64,000 nt of DNA from Candidatus Omnitrophota bacterium. Its GTDB lineage: Bacteria; Omnitrophota; Gorgyraeia; B26-G9. The notes beneath the pieces are model-generated. The model saw only the letters and a program-made list of their open reading frames with translations, was not told the DNA's origin and made no database searches. Location of the stretch: contig JBDRPX010000023.1 of the NCBI GenBank assembly GCA_043826565.1, positions 5,758 through 69,757 on the forward strand, given 5' to 3'. The stretch's first letter is position 1. Every line of letters starts with the position of its first letter. Position numbers and translations under genes: made by a program. Positions 36,593 through 45,621 of this stretch are shown piece after piece.

Positions 36593-38059
36593 CTATATTT
36601 TTTTCCAATACCACCTAAATATAAAAGAATCAAAAAACATGAAAACTGGTTTTACTAATAATATTTTTAATATCCACTCAGGAGATCCGCCTGTAAACAA
36701 TTTTAACCACATTTTAACAAAAGTCGGAGCAATCTCCGTAAATTCCTCCATATAGATCTTTTTTTCTTTTTCAAGAAATCCGTCTTTTATTGCCTTATTA
36801 TAAATTTCCGAACCAGGATACATGATTAAATGAAAGCAAGTAATACTAGTTCTGACTGGTAAGCGCAAAATAAATTTCAAAGTTGATATTATATCATCAG
36901 TATTTTCGTAGGGGTTATCAAATATAAACTGATAGTTTATTAACGGCGGTATGGATTTTTTATAAAATAAATTTCGGTATTTTTCAACAACAGAGATTGC
37001 CGCAAACGCCTGCTCCGGAGTTTCTCGACGGTTATAAATTTTCAAAATCCGTGCACTTGCTGATTCTACGCCAATACCGAATTTATACAGCAACCCGGTT
37101 TCAGCTAGAAGTGAAAATTTCTCATCTTTAATTGTCGAAGGGCTGCCGCTTGTGCCAAAAGGGATCCCTACTTCTTTTCTCCAGCGGTCACAAAATTCTT
37201 TTAAAATCGGTAATGGCAAAGCTGTAATATTATCATCTGCTAAGAAAACCGCACCTACCACTTTTATGTTTTCAATTGCCAACTTGATTTCTTTAAATAA
37301 ATGGTCTAAAGACCTGAATCGGAAATATTGTTGTCCATTATATATCCGTTTTAGATAGGAATTATTACAATAACTACAACTATTCGGACACCCGCGGCTT
37401 AATGCGGTAAGATAAATTATTTTATCCGGAACCGGACGTTTATAAATCCGGTCAATATCCACAATTAATTCCGGAGTTAATATTTGCAATTTCCCTTCCA
37501 AAAAAACTTTTTGCCGATAAATTCCCGTATCTAAAACCGGCAAGGAATTTAAATCCCCGATCAAAGGCCGCAACGGATTTAAAACACATTTGCCTTCCTT
37601 AAGGTAAGCCAGGTTCGGAATATTATAAATATCTTTCCCGCTGACTAATTTTTGCGCTAATTCCACTGCGGTTTTATCCCCTTCTCCGAGACAGACAAAA
37701 TCCGTAAAACTAACTGAATCCTCAAAAGAGGCCGTCGGATGCGGCCCGCCCCAAATGACCGGAATATCCAGTTTTTCTTTCAGCGCTTTCGTAAAATCAC
37801 TAGCCGCGCAAAACTCACTGGCTGCCAGCGATATCCCAACATACAATGAGCCGCGAATATCATCAATGATTTCATCCATAATCTTTTCCGTAGGAACAAA
37901 ACTTTTTAGCGACGGTGCGCGTGAGCCCCGGAGATACCCAGTATAGCCTAAATGCAAATAATTAACTTTAAATCCGGCATCCTGCAAACAAGCCCCGATT
38001 TGCCGCAAGTTTAAACCAAAAAATCCCGGGTAAAATGATATTAACGTAACTTTTTCCAT
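36593..38059 (-). CDS. B12-binding radical SAM protein (class B)
   Basis: 488 aa. An N-terminal cobalamin-binding Rossmann-like domain (DIPVIWGGPHPT) is present. It is followed by the radical SAM cluster LSRGCPNSCSYCNN (CxxxCxxC). Confidence 0.75.
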   Translation of the reverse strand: MEKVTLISFYPGFFGLNLRQIGACLQDAGFKVNYLHLGYTGYLRGSRAPSLKSFVPTEKIMDEIIDDIRGSLYVGISLAASEFCAASDFTKALKEKLDIPVIWGGPHPTASFEDSVSFTDFVCLGEGDKTAVELAQKLVSGKDIYNIPNLAYLKEGKCVLNPLRPLIGDLNSLPVLDTGIYRQKVFLEGKLQILTPELIVDIDRIYKRPVPDKIIYLTALSRGCPNSCSYCNNSYLKRIYNGQQYFRFRSLDHLFKEIKLAIENIKVVGAVFLADDNITALPLPILKEFCDRWRKEVGIPFGTSGSPSTIKDEKFSLLAETGLLYKFGIGVESASARILKIYNRRETPEQAFAAISVVEKYRNLFYKKSIPPLINYQFIFDNPYENTDDIISTLKFILRLPVRTSITCFHLIMYPGSEIYNKAIKDGFLEKEKKIYMEEFTEIAPTFVKMWLKLFTGGSPEWILKILLVKPVFMFFDSFIFRWYWKKI

Positions 38060-38066
38060 GTTTTTT

Positions 38067-39785
38067 CTATTCCCCTGAACGCTTTAACATTAATTTTAAT
38101 TGATTTAGTTTAGCCTGCCGGATTTTCCTTTTCGCAAACCAGGAAATATCAGAAAGCTCATTTTTAACTAATTCGGTTTTAATTTTAAAAAATTTCACAA
38201 TATCTTCGTTGTCGTATCCTTTTAAATAAAAAGGAAAAAAAGCATACATCGGAGAATAATTATAAATCAACCCCGCTTTTTCAATTCGGAGAATAAATTC
38301 CTTAAGCTTCTCCGAAGCACTCAACGAATCTATCGTCGGAGTTTTCCAAAGGCAATAATCATATTTGTCCCCAAAATAGGTCACATTATGTTCGGCTTGC
38401 TCGTCAAAAATTATTGAACCCGGCAGCATATAAAATACATAAATTTTGTATAACTGCAATGGTGAATTATTTATCCAGTTAATCGTATTATTAATGCTTT
38501 CCTCAGTTTCTCCGGGAAAACCGATCATAAAACTGCCATAAGCGATAATCTTATTTTTATCCAGGATTTCTAAACAACGCTGGTTATCCGCAATTGTAGT
38601 TTTCTTATCCATAAGCTTTAACATCCGGTCATCGCCGCTTTCTAATCCCACACAAAGCACTTTACATCCCGATTCTCTTAAAAGTATCGCATTTTCCTCT
38701 GTAATGGAATTAGAACGGATCCCGGCAAACCAGTTAAAATAAAATTTTTCATCAATCATCATCTGACAAATTTGTTCAATACGCTTGGGATGTACAGCAA
38801 AATGATCATCAGTAAAAGCAACATTCTTTATTCCGGCTTTTTTTATTTCTCTTAATTCATTACGGACACTTTCCATCGACCGCTGGTAAATCTTTACTGT
38901 AGCTTTAGGAAAATTACAGAACTTACAGCGAAAAGCACATCCTTGGCTAGCCCGCACAAATGCGATGTCTTTAGTAATTCCCGCTATCTTTGCCCAATCC
39001 GGAAAATCATTATTTAAATCTAATGGATCTGCACCCCGCCGAGAATAGTTTATGCTCCCCTTACGTTTATAAACCAGATTGTTTAAAAGATTAATATCTG
39101 TATTCTTTTTTAAAGCCTCAAGCAATTTATGCAAACTCGGCAAGCCGTTCTCTTCCAGGATAAAATAAATATTTTCATCAATTAATAGATTCTCATAATC
39201 CGGTAGCAGCTTTCCTTGGTCGGTTAATTTAGTTAATATCACGTTACTGCCCATAATAATCGGAATGCTTTTATTTAAGCCCCTAATCAGTAAAATAATT
39301 GCCATTATCTCTTGCGGACTCACAAAATAAGTCGCGGAAATCGCGACTGACAAAGGATTGTTTTTTAAAATTGCTTTCAATTCGTCTTTACATTCAGCAA
39401 CATTATCCATATTAACCGGAGAATAGCCTTTTTTTAATAAAAAATCATAAATATGCAAAGATGTGATAGTCGGAATTCCTGTGGGATTGAAAAACTTTTT
39501 ATCTTTTTGCGGTTCGTAGACATATTTATTATTATTTAATGCAAAATTAAGTAACTCAAATATTCCAAAACGCCAGAAACCAATCCATTCCGGAGCGATA
39601 ATATTATAAAGAATTCGTTCTTTAATTTTTTTGACATTATTTATTTTTGAAATATTTTTCAAGAAGAGCTTGTTTTTAATATACGATAAAACCACTCGCC
39701 CCCTCTTTAAAAATGTTTCTTTTGCAGTTATTGCCGGGATCCGGTTACGGCAGATTATAATTACCTGTTCATTTTTCATTTTCAA
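38067..39785 (-). CDS. B12-binding radical SAM protein (class B), second copy
   Basis: 572 aa. The B12-binding region IPIIMGSNVIL is present. The CxxxCxxC cluster is ASQGCAFRCKFCNF. It is clearly a paralog of the neighbour but strongly diverged. Confidence 0.75.
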   Translation of the reverse strand: MKMKNEQVIIICRNRIPAITAKETFLKRGRVVLSYIKNKLFLKNISKINNVKKIKERILYNIIAPEWIGFWRFGIFELLNFALNNNKYVYEPQKDKKFFNPTGIPTITSLHIYDFLLKKGYSPVNMDNVAECKDELKAILKNNPLSVAISATYFVSPQEIMAIILLIRGLNKSIPIIMGSNVILTKLTDQGKLLPDYENLLIDENIYFILEENGLPSLHKLLEALKKNTDINLLNNLVYKRKGSINYSRRGADPLDLNNDFPDWAKIAGITKDIAFVRASQGCAFRCKFCNFPKATVKIYQRSMESVRNELREIKKAGIKNVAFTDDHFAVHPKRIEQICQMMIDEKFYFNWFAGIRSNSITEENAILLRESGCKVLCVGLESGDDRMLKLMDKKTTIADNQRCLEILDKNKIIAYGSFMIGFPGETEESINNTINWINNSPLQLYKIYVFYMLPGSIIFDEQAEHNVTYFGDKYDYCLWKTPTIDSLSASEKLKEFILRIEKAGLIYNYSPMYAFFPFYLKGYDNEDIVKFFKIKTELVKNELSDISWFAKRKIRQAKLNQLKLMLKRSGE

Positions 39786-42180
39786 CTCCCTCTAAAACAT
39801 GAATCATTCCATTATCGGCATCGACAAATATTTTTTGGCCGGTTTTAATTTTCCGGGTTGCTGTAAATAAATTGCCTACAGCCGGAATACCTATTTCCCG
39901 GGCAACAATTGCTCCATGCGATAAATAATTACCCATATCCGTTACAATTGCGCCCGCAATTGCAAACAATGGCGTCCAACTTGGGTTAGTTGAAGCTGCC
40001 ACTAAAATCTCACCTGCCTTTAAAAGACCCATATCTTTTTTGCTCTTTATCACTCTGGCAATGCCCGTATAATTCCCACTGCTTAAGGCTAATCCCTGCA
40101 GGCTTAATCCCGGAGACTGTTTATGAGAAATTTTTTCTTCCCGGCCACTTTTGTAAATCCTGATCTGTTCAAAAGGTTCCTGCAAACATAAACGTTCCCA
40201 ATCCAGTTTTCTTTGATCGATACAATTCTGTTCTATTTGGGAATCTTTTGTGCAAGCTTCGTCTAATGTCATAAAAAAAATATCATTTAAAGTCTCAAGT
40301 TTCTTTTTTTGAGAAAGTGAAAGGGCCTGTTTTCGAATCTGAAACATTATTTTAACAATATTTTGCTTTATTGCCTCTCTCCAGATACTGCATTTCTGAA
40401 TATGCCGGATAAAAAACTTAGTTGGAAAACGAAATAATAAAGGGATGCTTTTCAATACAAGATTTTCCGTTTTAACTCGTCTCTGGACACGCGAATCTCT
40501 TTCTTGCTCAAAATTAATCTCTGTTTTCTGTGCAATATAATGCTTAAGTGTTATCTCGACAAAACTAGGATCTTCAGCCCAACGAGGATAAAACAACTCA
40601 AATTCCTTTAAAGATTGATGCCCGAATTTTCCCAGAAAGTCATCCCACTTTCTCGCAGAATCCGCTCCATACTTAGAAATAATACCGTGAAAAGAACCTG
40701 AGGAATTTTCTATTTTTTCTAATAAATGTTTTTCCTTGCGTATCGAAGAAGCCAGTTCCCATAAAGCTTCGCTGGCAGCGGTACTCTCGATTTTTCCAAG
40801 CCCGGTAACTAATCCATCCATTATAACCGATACTTTTTCATTCGGCATATTTTTTTTAATTAAACCGCCTAGAATTGCAGTGCCTAATTCAAAGGAAATA
40901 GCGACTTTAACATGTATTTTCATATTTTGTTCTAAAAATTCTCTTAAATCCTTTAACGCTTCTTTTTCTTCCAAAATCATGCTTTGGCTCAATCTTTCAG
41001 GGAATCGCTTTTGCGCCACATGCACAAGAAAAGGTAACCTTATAAGAGATATAAAATAAAAAAATAAGATTTTAAACAAGATAAAGGGATTATGCTTTTT
41101 AATATCCTGAACATTATAAATCTGTTTGAACACCGTTTGATTACAATAAGCTCTGCCGTCAAAAAGAGAAAACAGATCCTGCTCAATGGGGGGTAGTCCT
41201 AAGCTTGCTACCGCATTTTTAAAACCTTGATTTGTGGCCTTATTCACAACTGACCAGGTAAATGGAGTTACAACATCAGGAATAACATCTGCCACATTAT
41301 CCCGGGTCCACAAAATATATTCATCTTGTTTGGTCTTACCTATTGTGATAGGCCTTACCTGCAAAACAAATAATTTATTTTCTTGATATGCCCATTCAAT
41401 ATCTACCGGATATTTAAACAACTCTTTTATCTTTTGCGCTAATCGGGAGATCTCTTCTATTTGCTTCAAGTTTAAAACAGGATGATCCGATAATTTATCC
41501 GGCAGTTCGCTTAATTGTTGCGGATTCTCCGGAGAACGCCAATGTCTTTGCTTTCCGGTAATAACCTTATTTACATTCTCATTATCTATATCAATCTCAT
41601 ATTGATCTGCTACCGCTTCCCCGCTTACTAATGCCTCGGCCAAACCATAAACCGCATTAATAATAATGTTTTTACTTTCGGGGTGGTTAGGATCTTGTGA
41701 AAAACATACTCCTGAACTAATCGGAGAAAGTACTTTTTGAATAAGCAAAGCCATCCTTCTAGGCTTATCCATTTTATTCACTGAAATCTCCTGTTCATAA
41801 CATTTAACATTCTGAGAGTCACCCGATTTCCAACAAGCCTGACACGCATTCTTAATCTCAGAAGTCTCATTCTGACAAATTAAAGACAGATACTGGCCCG
41901 CATAAGAAGCTTGAGCGCTATCCTCGGATTCTCCTGATGACCGGACAATCAGCAAACAATTATCAGGAAAACACTTTTTTATATCCGAATAAAGCTGTTC
42001 TAAGTTTTCTTTGTTTTTAAAAGCAGTATACGCTTGAAAATTTAAAATTACCCCATCAGGCACGGAAAACCCCGTTTTATAGCAAATCGCGCAATTAAAC
42101 GCCTTTGCCCCTGTAAAGGGTAAACCTTCAGCATAAGCTTCATCATATGTGTAAATAAATTTGTTAGGCACCAAAAACAA
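39769..42180 (-). CDS. PEP-utilising phosphotransferase (PEP synthase / rifampin-phosphotransferase-like: PPDK_N ATP-grasp + phosphohistidine swivelling domain)
   Basis: 803 aa. The N-terminal PPDK_N-like domain carries GAKAFNCAI...VIVRSS. The C-terminal GNYLSHGAIVAREIGIPAVGN is the PEP-utilizers mobile-domain signature with the phospho-His. Confidence 0.7.
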   Translation of the reverse strand: MFLVPNKFIYTYDEAYAEGLPFTGAKAFNCAICYKTGFSVPDGVILNFQAYTAFKNKENLEQLYSDIKKCFPDNCLLIVRSSGESEDSAQASYAGQYLSLICQNETSEIKNACQACWKSGDSQNVKCYEQEISVNKMDKPRRMALLIQKVLSPISSGVCFSQDPNHPESKNIIINAVYGLAEALVSGEAVADQYEIDIDNENVNKVITGKQRHWRSPENPQQLSELPDKLSDHPVLNLKQIEEISRLAQKIKELFKYPVDIEWAYQENKLFVLQVRPITIGKTKQDEYILWTRDNVADVIPDVVTPFTWSVVNKATNQGFKNAVASLGLPPIEQDLFSLFDGRAYCNQTVFKQIYNVQDIKKHNPFILFKILFFYFISLIRLPFLVHVAQKRFPERLSQSMILEEKEALKDLREFLEQNMKIHVKVAISFELGTAILGGLIKKNMPNEKVSVIMDGLVTGLGKIESTAASEALWELASSIRKEKHLLEKIENSSGSFHGIISKYGADSARKWDDFLGKFGHQSLKEFELFYPRWAEDPSFVEITLKHYIAQKTEINFEQERDSRVQRRVKTENLVLKSIPLLFRFPTKFFIRHIQKCSIWREAIKQNIVKIMFQIRKQALSLSQKKKLETLNDIFFMTLDEACTKDSQIEQNCIDQRKLDWERLCLQEPFEQIRIYKSGREEKISHKQSPGLSLQGLALSSGNYTGIARVIKSKKDMGLLKAGEILVAASTNPSWTPLFAIAGAIVTDMGNYLSHGAIVAREIGIPAVGNLFTATRKIKTGQKIFVDADNGMIHVLEGVENEK

Positions 42181-43219
42181 ACCTCTCTAATTTCCCGCAT
42201 TCTTTATCTTGGATTTCTCCATTAATTGACAATTGAGCGTTAACAACTGTTTGTAAATATTGCCCCTTGCCTAAGTGTGACTTTAACCATTTCGGATATG
42301 ATTTTAACTTTAATAAATAAAACATAATCACTAATAGTGTATTTAACCGGTTATTATTTGTCATCCCTAAAGGAAACTCCTGAGACACATAATTACAATC
42401 AGAGATTAAGCTAATCTCATACTGTTTATCAGCATTAAAACTAAGTTTCATACTGTACGGCACTCCACTTTCTGTGATATCATTCTCTGCTCCGGATTTC
42501 TCACTGACCTTCAAATCAATAGCGTTGATTTGTTTACCGCTTTTATCCAGCAAACATAAAATCCTAAGTTTTTCTTTTTTTCCTTTTATCTCTATTTCAG
42601 AAAATATAAATGTAAAGTCCTTAAAAAACACTCGGGTCCAAACCCACCCTTTAAACTCTCGCGCGATATTGAGATTACCCCAATTATGATCGTGATACGC
42701 AATCCCCTCGATATTTATAGTTCTCCGGTCAATTTCAATCTTTCCTTTTGCTTGCGCCCGAGGTAAAGGAACGATCCAATTAAACCACTCATTGTTTGTT
42801 TTATTTTTATAGATACACTCACTGTTGTTACAAAAAAATGGCAATTGACGTTTTAGCGTTACATCAACCGTAATGTCCTTTTCCTTAACAAAAATTTTAT
42901 AATCCCCGTTATTTTCTTCTATCCGCCCACCCGGGAAAATAATTTTACAAAAATTTTTATCCTGGGTAATCTTTGCCCGCGAATAGCGTAAAACCCGTAC
43001 TGTAGATTGACCCTGATCATGATTATTTTTATTAAAATTTTCATATATCCGGATAATTAAAAGGCATAAATTATTTCTCAGGCTAAAGACCGGGGACTGC
43101 CACTCTATATATACATTCCTCCCATCTTTTAAATCAAAATCAAAATACCACCACTCGAAAAACTTACTCGGATTTTCTATGTGAGACCCATCATGCCGCA
43201 AAGATTTAGATTGATCCAT
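42164..43219 (-). CDS. Putative CrtC/AttH-family protein (hydroxyneurosporene-synthase-like hydratase + lipocalin-like domain); low confidence
   Basis: 351 aa. FFEWWYFDFDL was recalled as characteristic of the PF07143 family. The size fits. The call is supported mainly by its position next to a CrtI/CrtD-like gene. Confidence 0.4.
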   Translation of the reverse strand: MDQSKSLRHDGSHIENPSKFFEWWYFDFDLKDGRNVYIEWQSPVFSLRNNLCLLIIRIYENFNKNNHDQGQSTVRVLRYSRAKITQDKNFCKIIFPGGRIEENNGDYKIFVKEKDITVDVTLKRQLPFFCNNSECIYKNKTNNEWFNWIVPLPRAQAKGKIEIDRRTINIEGIAYHDHNWGNLNIAREFKGWVWTRVFFKDFTFIFSEIEIKGKKEKLRILCLLDKSGKQINAIDLKVSEKSGAENDITESGVPYSMKLSFNADKQYEISLISDCNYVSQEFPLGMTNNNRLNTLLVIMFYLLKLKSYPKWLKSHLGKGQYLQTVVNAQLSINGEIQDKECGKLERFVFGA

Positions 43220-43238
43220 AAACTACCTTTTCTAAAAA

Positions 43239-44600
43239 TTATAACTTATTTTGTTTAGCAATTAACCGCCCGCATTGAATTCCTGATTCCATTGCCTGAG
43301 GCACACATGGGCCTTCCGGAGACACGGAATCTCCCACTAAAAATAATCCATGAATATCCGTTTCGACAGGAACACGTGGAGATTGAATTTGCGGCTCTAC
43401 TCCAAAAACATAAGCCGGCAACCCAAATTCTTTTTCATACATTTTTGGATTATAAATAGTATAATTTGTCACTGCACCAGCTAACCCGGGGAACAAATCA
43501 TTAAGCCCCTGGTTTAAAACTAAATGAGCCTGTTTTTCAACCAGATCCGGGTTCACATTTCCTCGGGGATGATAAAACTGCAATGTTGCTCGGTGACAAT
43601 CTTTTACATCATATTCCATATTTGAGGGTATATGCATTATAAACATTGACTTGGCCGGGAATTCCCCCCGTTCTAATAAATCAAACTCGGAAGACACATC
43701 GTAAGGCATAAAAAAAACACCATATCCTTTAGGCAATCTAAACGATTTACGGAATCTAATAAAGATATTAACAACGCTTAATGTTTCTTTCATCTGGCTC
43801 ACTGCATTATAAAAATCTTTTTTCCAATTTTCGCGTCGTGTTAAATTCAAAACTGTCTGTCGCAAACCAACATTGCTGATTATAGTTTCCGCGAATAGAT
43901 TTTCGCCGTCAGCTTCAACTCCGACAACACGCTCCTTTTCAATAATTATTTTTTTTATTGTTTTATTCATGATTATTTTGCATTTCTTTTCGGCTACTTC
44001 CATTAGTTTTGCCGCAATTTGGCCATTTCCTCCGGCAATATACTCAGGGTTAAGTCCTTTATACTCTGCTATTGCACTTTCTTGAGAAAAATATCTTGAA
44101 GGTAATCCATAGGGGCTAACCCCAGAAACTGCTACTATGGTATCCCAGAATCTTCTTAGTTTTTCATTCGATATCAATTGATCGTATAATTCCCCTACAG
44201 ATTTGAACTTTTCAAAAGTATCCGAATCACTCAAAATCTTTGCTTTAGCTCTAAACCTTAACAACTCTGTAAACGGAATACCAGAAAAAATGAATTCTAT
44301 CAGCGTTCTTTTCCCTAAAGGAAATGAAGCCATTCCTTTACCAATCTTTATGCCACAACGCATCGGAAAAGTTGTAAGATTAAGCCCAAAAGTATCTCTT
44401 AAATGATCAAATGCCGCTCCTCCAACGTAAATAGCCCCGATTTCATAGCTTAATCCATCAATACTTCTCGTTGCACACCGCCCTCCCAACAGACTATTTT
44501 GTTCGATCAAAATCGAATTGATTCCGTTCTTACTTAAGTAAGCCGCAGCAGTTAGCCCTCCGACACCTCCTCCGATAATAATTACAGGCACCTTACTCAT
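43239..44600 (-). CDS. Phytoene-desaturase-family FAD oxidoreductase (CrtI/CrtD/CrtN-like)
   Basis: 453 aa. The N-terminal VIIIGGGVGGLTAAAYLSKNGINSILIEQNSLLGGRCAT is the FAD-binding motif. The C-terminal GLFLVGDSVSPEGPCVPQAMESG is CrtI-typical. Confidence 0.75.
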   Translation of the reverse strand: MSKVPVIIIGGGVGGLTAAAYLSKNGINSILIEQNSLLGGRCATRSIDGLSYEIGAIYVGGAAFDHLRDTFGLNLTTFPMRCGIKIGKGMASFPLGKRTLIEFIFSGIPFTELLRFRAKAKILSDSDTFEKFKSVGELYDQLISNEKLRRFWDTIVAVSGVSPYGLPSRYFSQESAIAEYKGLNPEYIAGGNGQIAAKLMEVAEKKCKIIMNKTIKKIIIEKERVVGVEADGENLFAETIISNVGLRQTVLNLTRRENWKKDFYNAVSQMKETLSVVNIFIRFRKSFRLPKGYGVFFMPYDVSSEFDLLERGEFPAKSMFIMHIPSNMEYDVKDCHRATLQFYHPRGNVNPDLVEKQAHLVLNQGLNDLFPGLAGAVTNYTIYNPKMYEKEFGLPAYVFGVEPQIQSPRVPVETDIHGLFLVGDSVSPEGPCVPQAMESGIQCGRLIAKQNKL

Positions 44601-45601
44601 CAGACTGCTCCCACTATTTTTAAGCGATTATTTAATAATACCAATAAAGGGAAAAATGTTTTTTTATAAGGAGTTTTTGCAGACATATACTGTAGGAATT
44701 TTTTAGTATAAAAATTTTTCGTCATTCTGGAAAATTCCTTTCGGGCAATCTTCTCATTCATGAAATAATCTGCCGCAATTTTCCCAGACAAAAGCGCTCC
44801 GGAAATCCCGTTTAAGTAAAAGGGGTCGATCATTCCGCTCATCGTTCCAGCTAAAGCAATTCCCTCTTTTTCGATATTTTTATTAAGCGGAATACTGCCG
44901 GAGGAAAATGTCCATGATTTAAAAGCAATTTTTTCTTTTTCCCAAATAAAATCCTCAAATCTTTTCAGCTTATCGCTACTCATTGAATTACGGGAAAACA
45001 AAAGGCCGAAAACACAATCTTCATATGAAGCAAGATAAGCAAACTCCCCATTTGTATAATCACCAAAACATGAAACCGCCATATTTTTGTTTTGCGTAAT
45101 TCCCGAAGCCCTAAACCCCTGGATCATCTTATATTTGATGCCGCATATTTGATAAGCCGGAAGCTCTAATCCGCAAGCAATTATAGCTTTTGATCTGTCT
45201 TTTTTGAGAGAATTTAAAGTTTCTTGATCAAGCGGCTGGTTAAAAATAAATTTCACTCCTAACCCGCAAGCAATTTTATAAAGGTAATTTTCAATTGAAT
45301 TTTCATGGCCGCCTTTTAAACACAAAAAAGCGTGAAGAGGGTTCACAGCATGAGTTTTTTTGTCATAAAAATATATCGAATGTCTTACCGCACGGCGAAA
45401 ACACCGCGACATATCGATACCGATGTATTCCGAGGTGCGTTCAAGGTCCATATATTGCAGATGAACAGACGGATGCCATTTAGGATCGCCCCCTACTGTT
45501 TTTCTGTTTTCAATGATTTCCGCTTCAAAACCGGCCTTAGCCAAATTTATGCCGGCAACCAACCCGGAAATGCCTGCTCCGTAAATTCTAATTTTTTCCA
45601 T
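44600..45601 (-). CDS. Geranylgeranyl-reductase-family flavoprotein (GGR-like FAD-dependent oxidoreductase)
   Basis: 333 aa. The N-terminal IYGAGISGLVAGINLAKAG is a Rossmann motif. The C-terminal LAGTMSGMIDPFYLNGISGALLSG resembles the GGR GDAAG..P..GEGI motif. Confidence 0.55.
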   Translation of the reverse strand: MEKIRIYGAGISGLVAGINLAKAGFEAEIIENRKTVGGDPKWHPSVHLQYMDLERTSEYIGIDMSRCFRRAVRHSIYFYDKKTHAVNPLHAFLCLKGGHENSIENYLYKIACGLGVKFIFNQPLDQETLNSLKKDRSKAIIACGLELPAYQICGIKYKMIQGFRASGITQNKNMAVSCFGDYTNGEFAYLASYEDCVFGLLFSRNSMSSDKLKRFEDFIWEKEKIAFKSWTFSSGSIPLNKNIEKEGIALAGTMSGMIDPFYLNGISGALLSGKIAADYFMNEKIARKEFSRMTKNFYTKKFLQYMSAKTPYKKTFFPLLVLLNNRLKIVGAV

Positions 45602-45621
45602 TCTTTGAATCCTTATTAATT

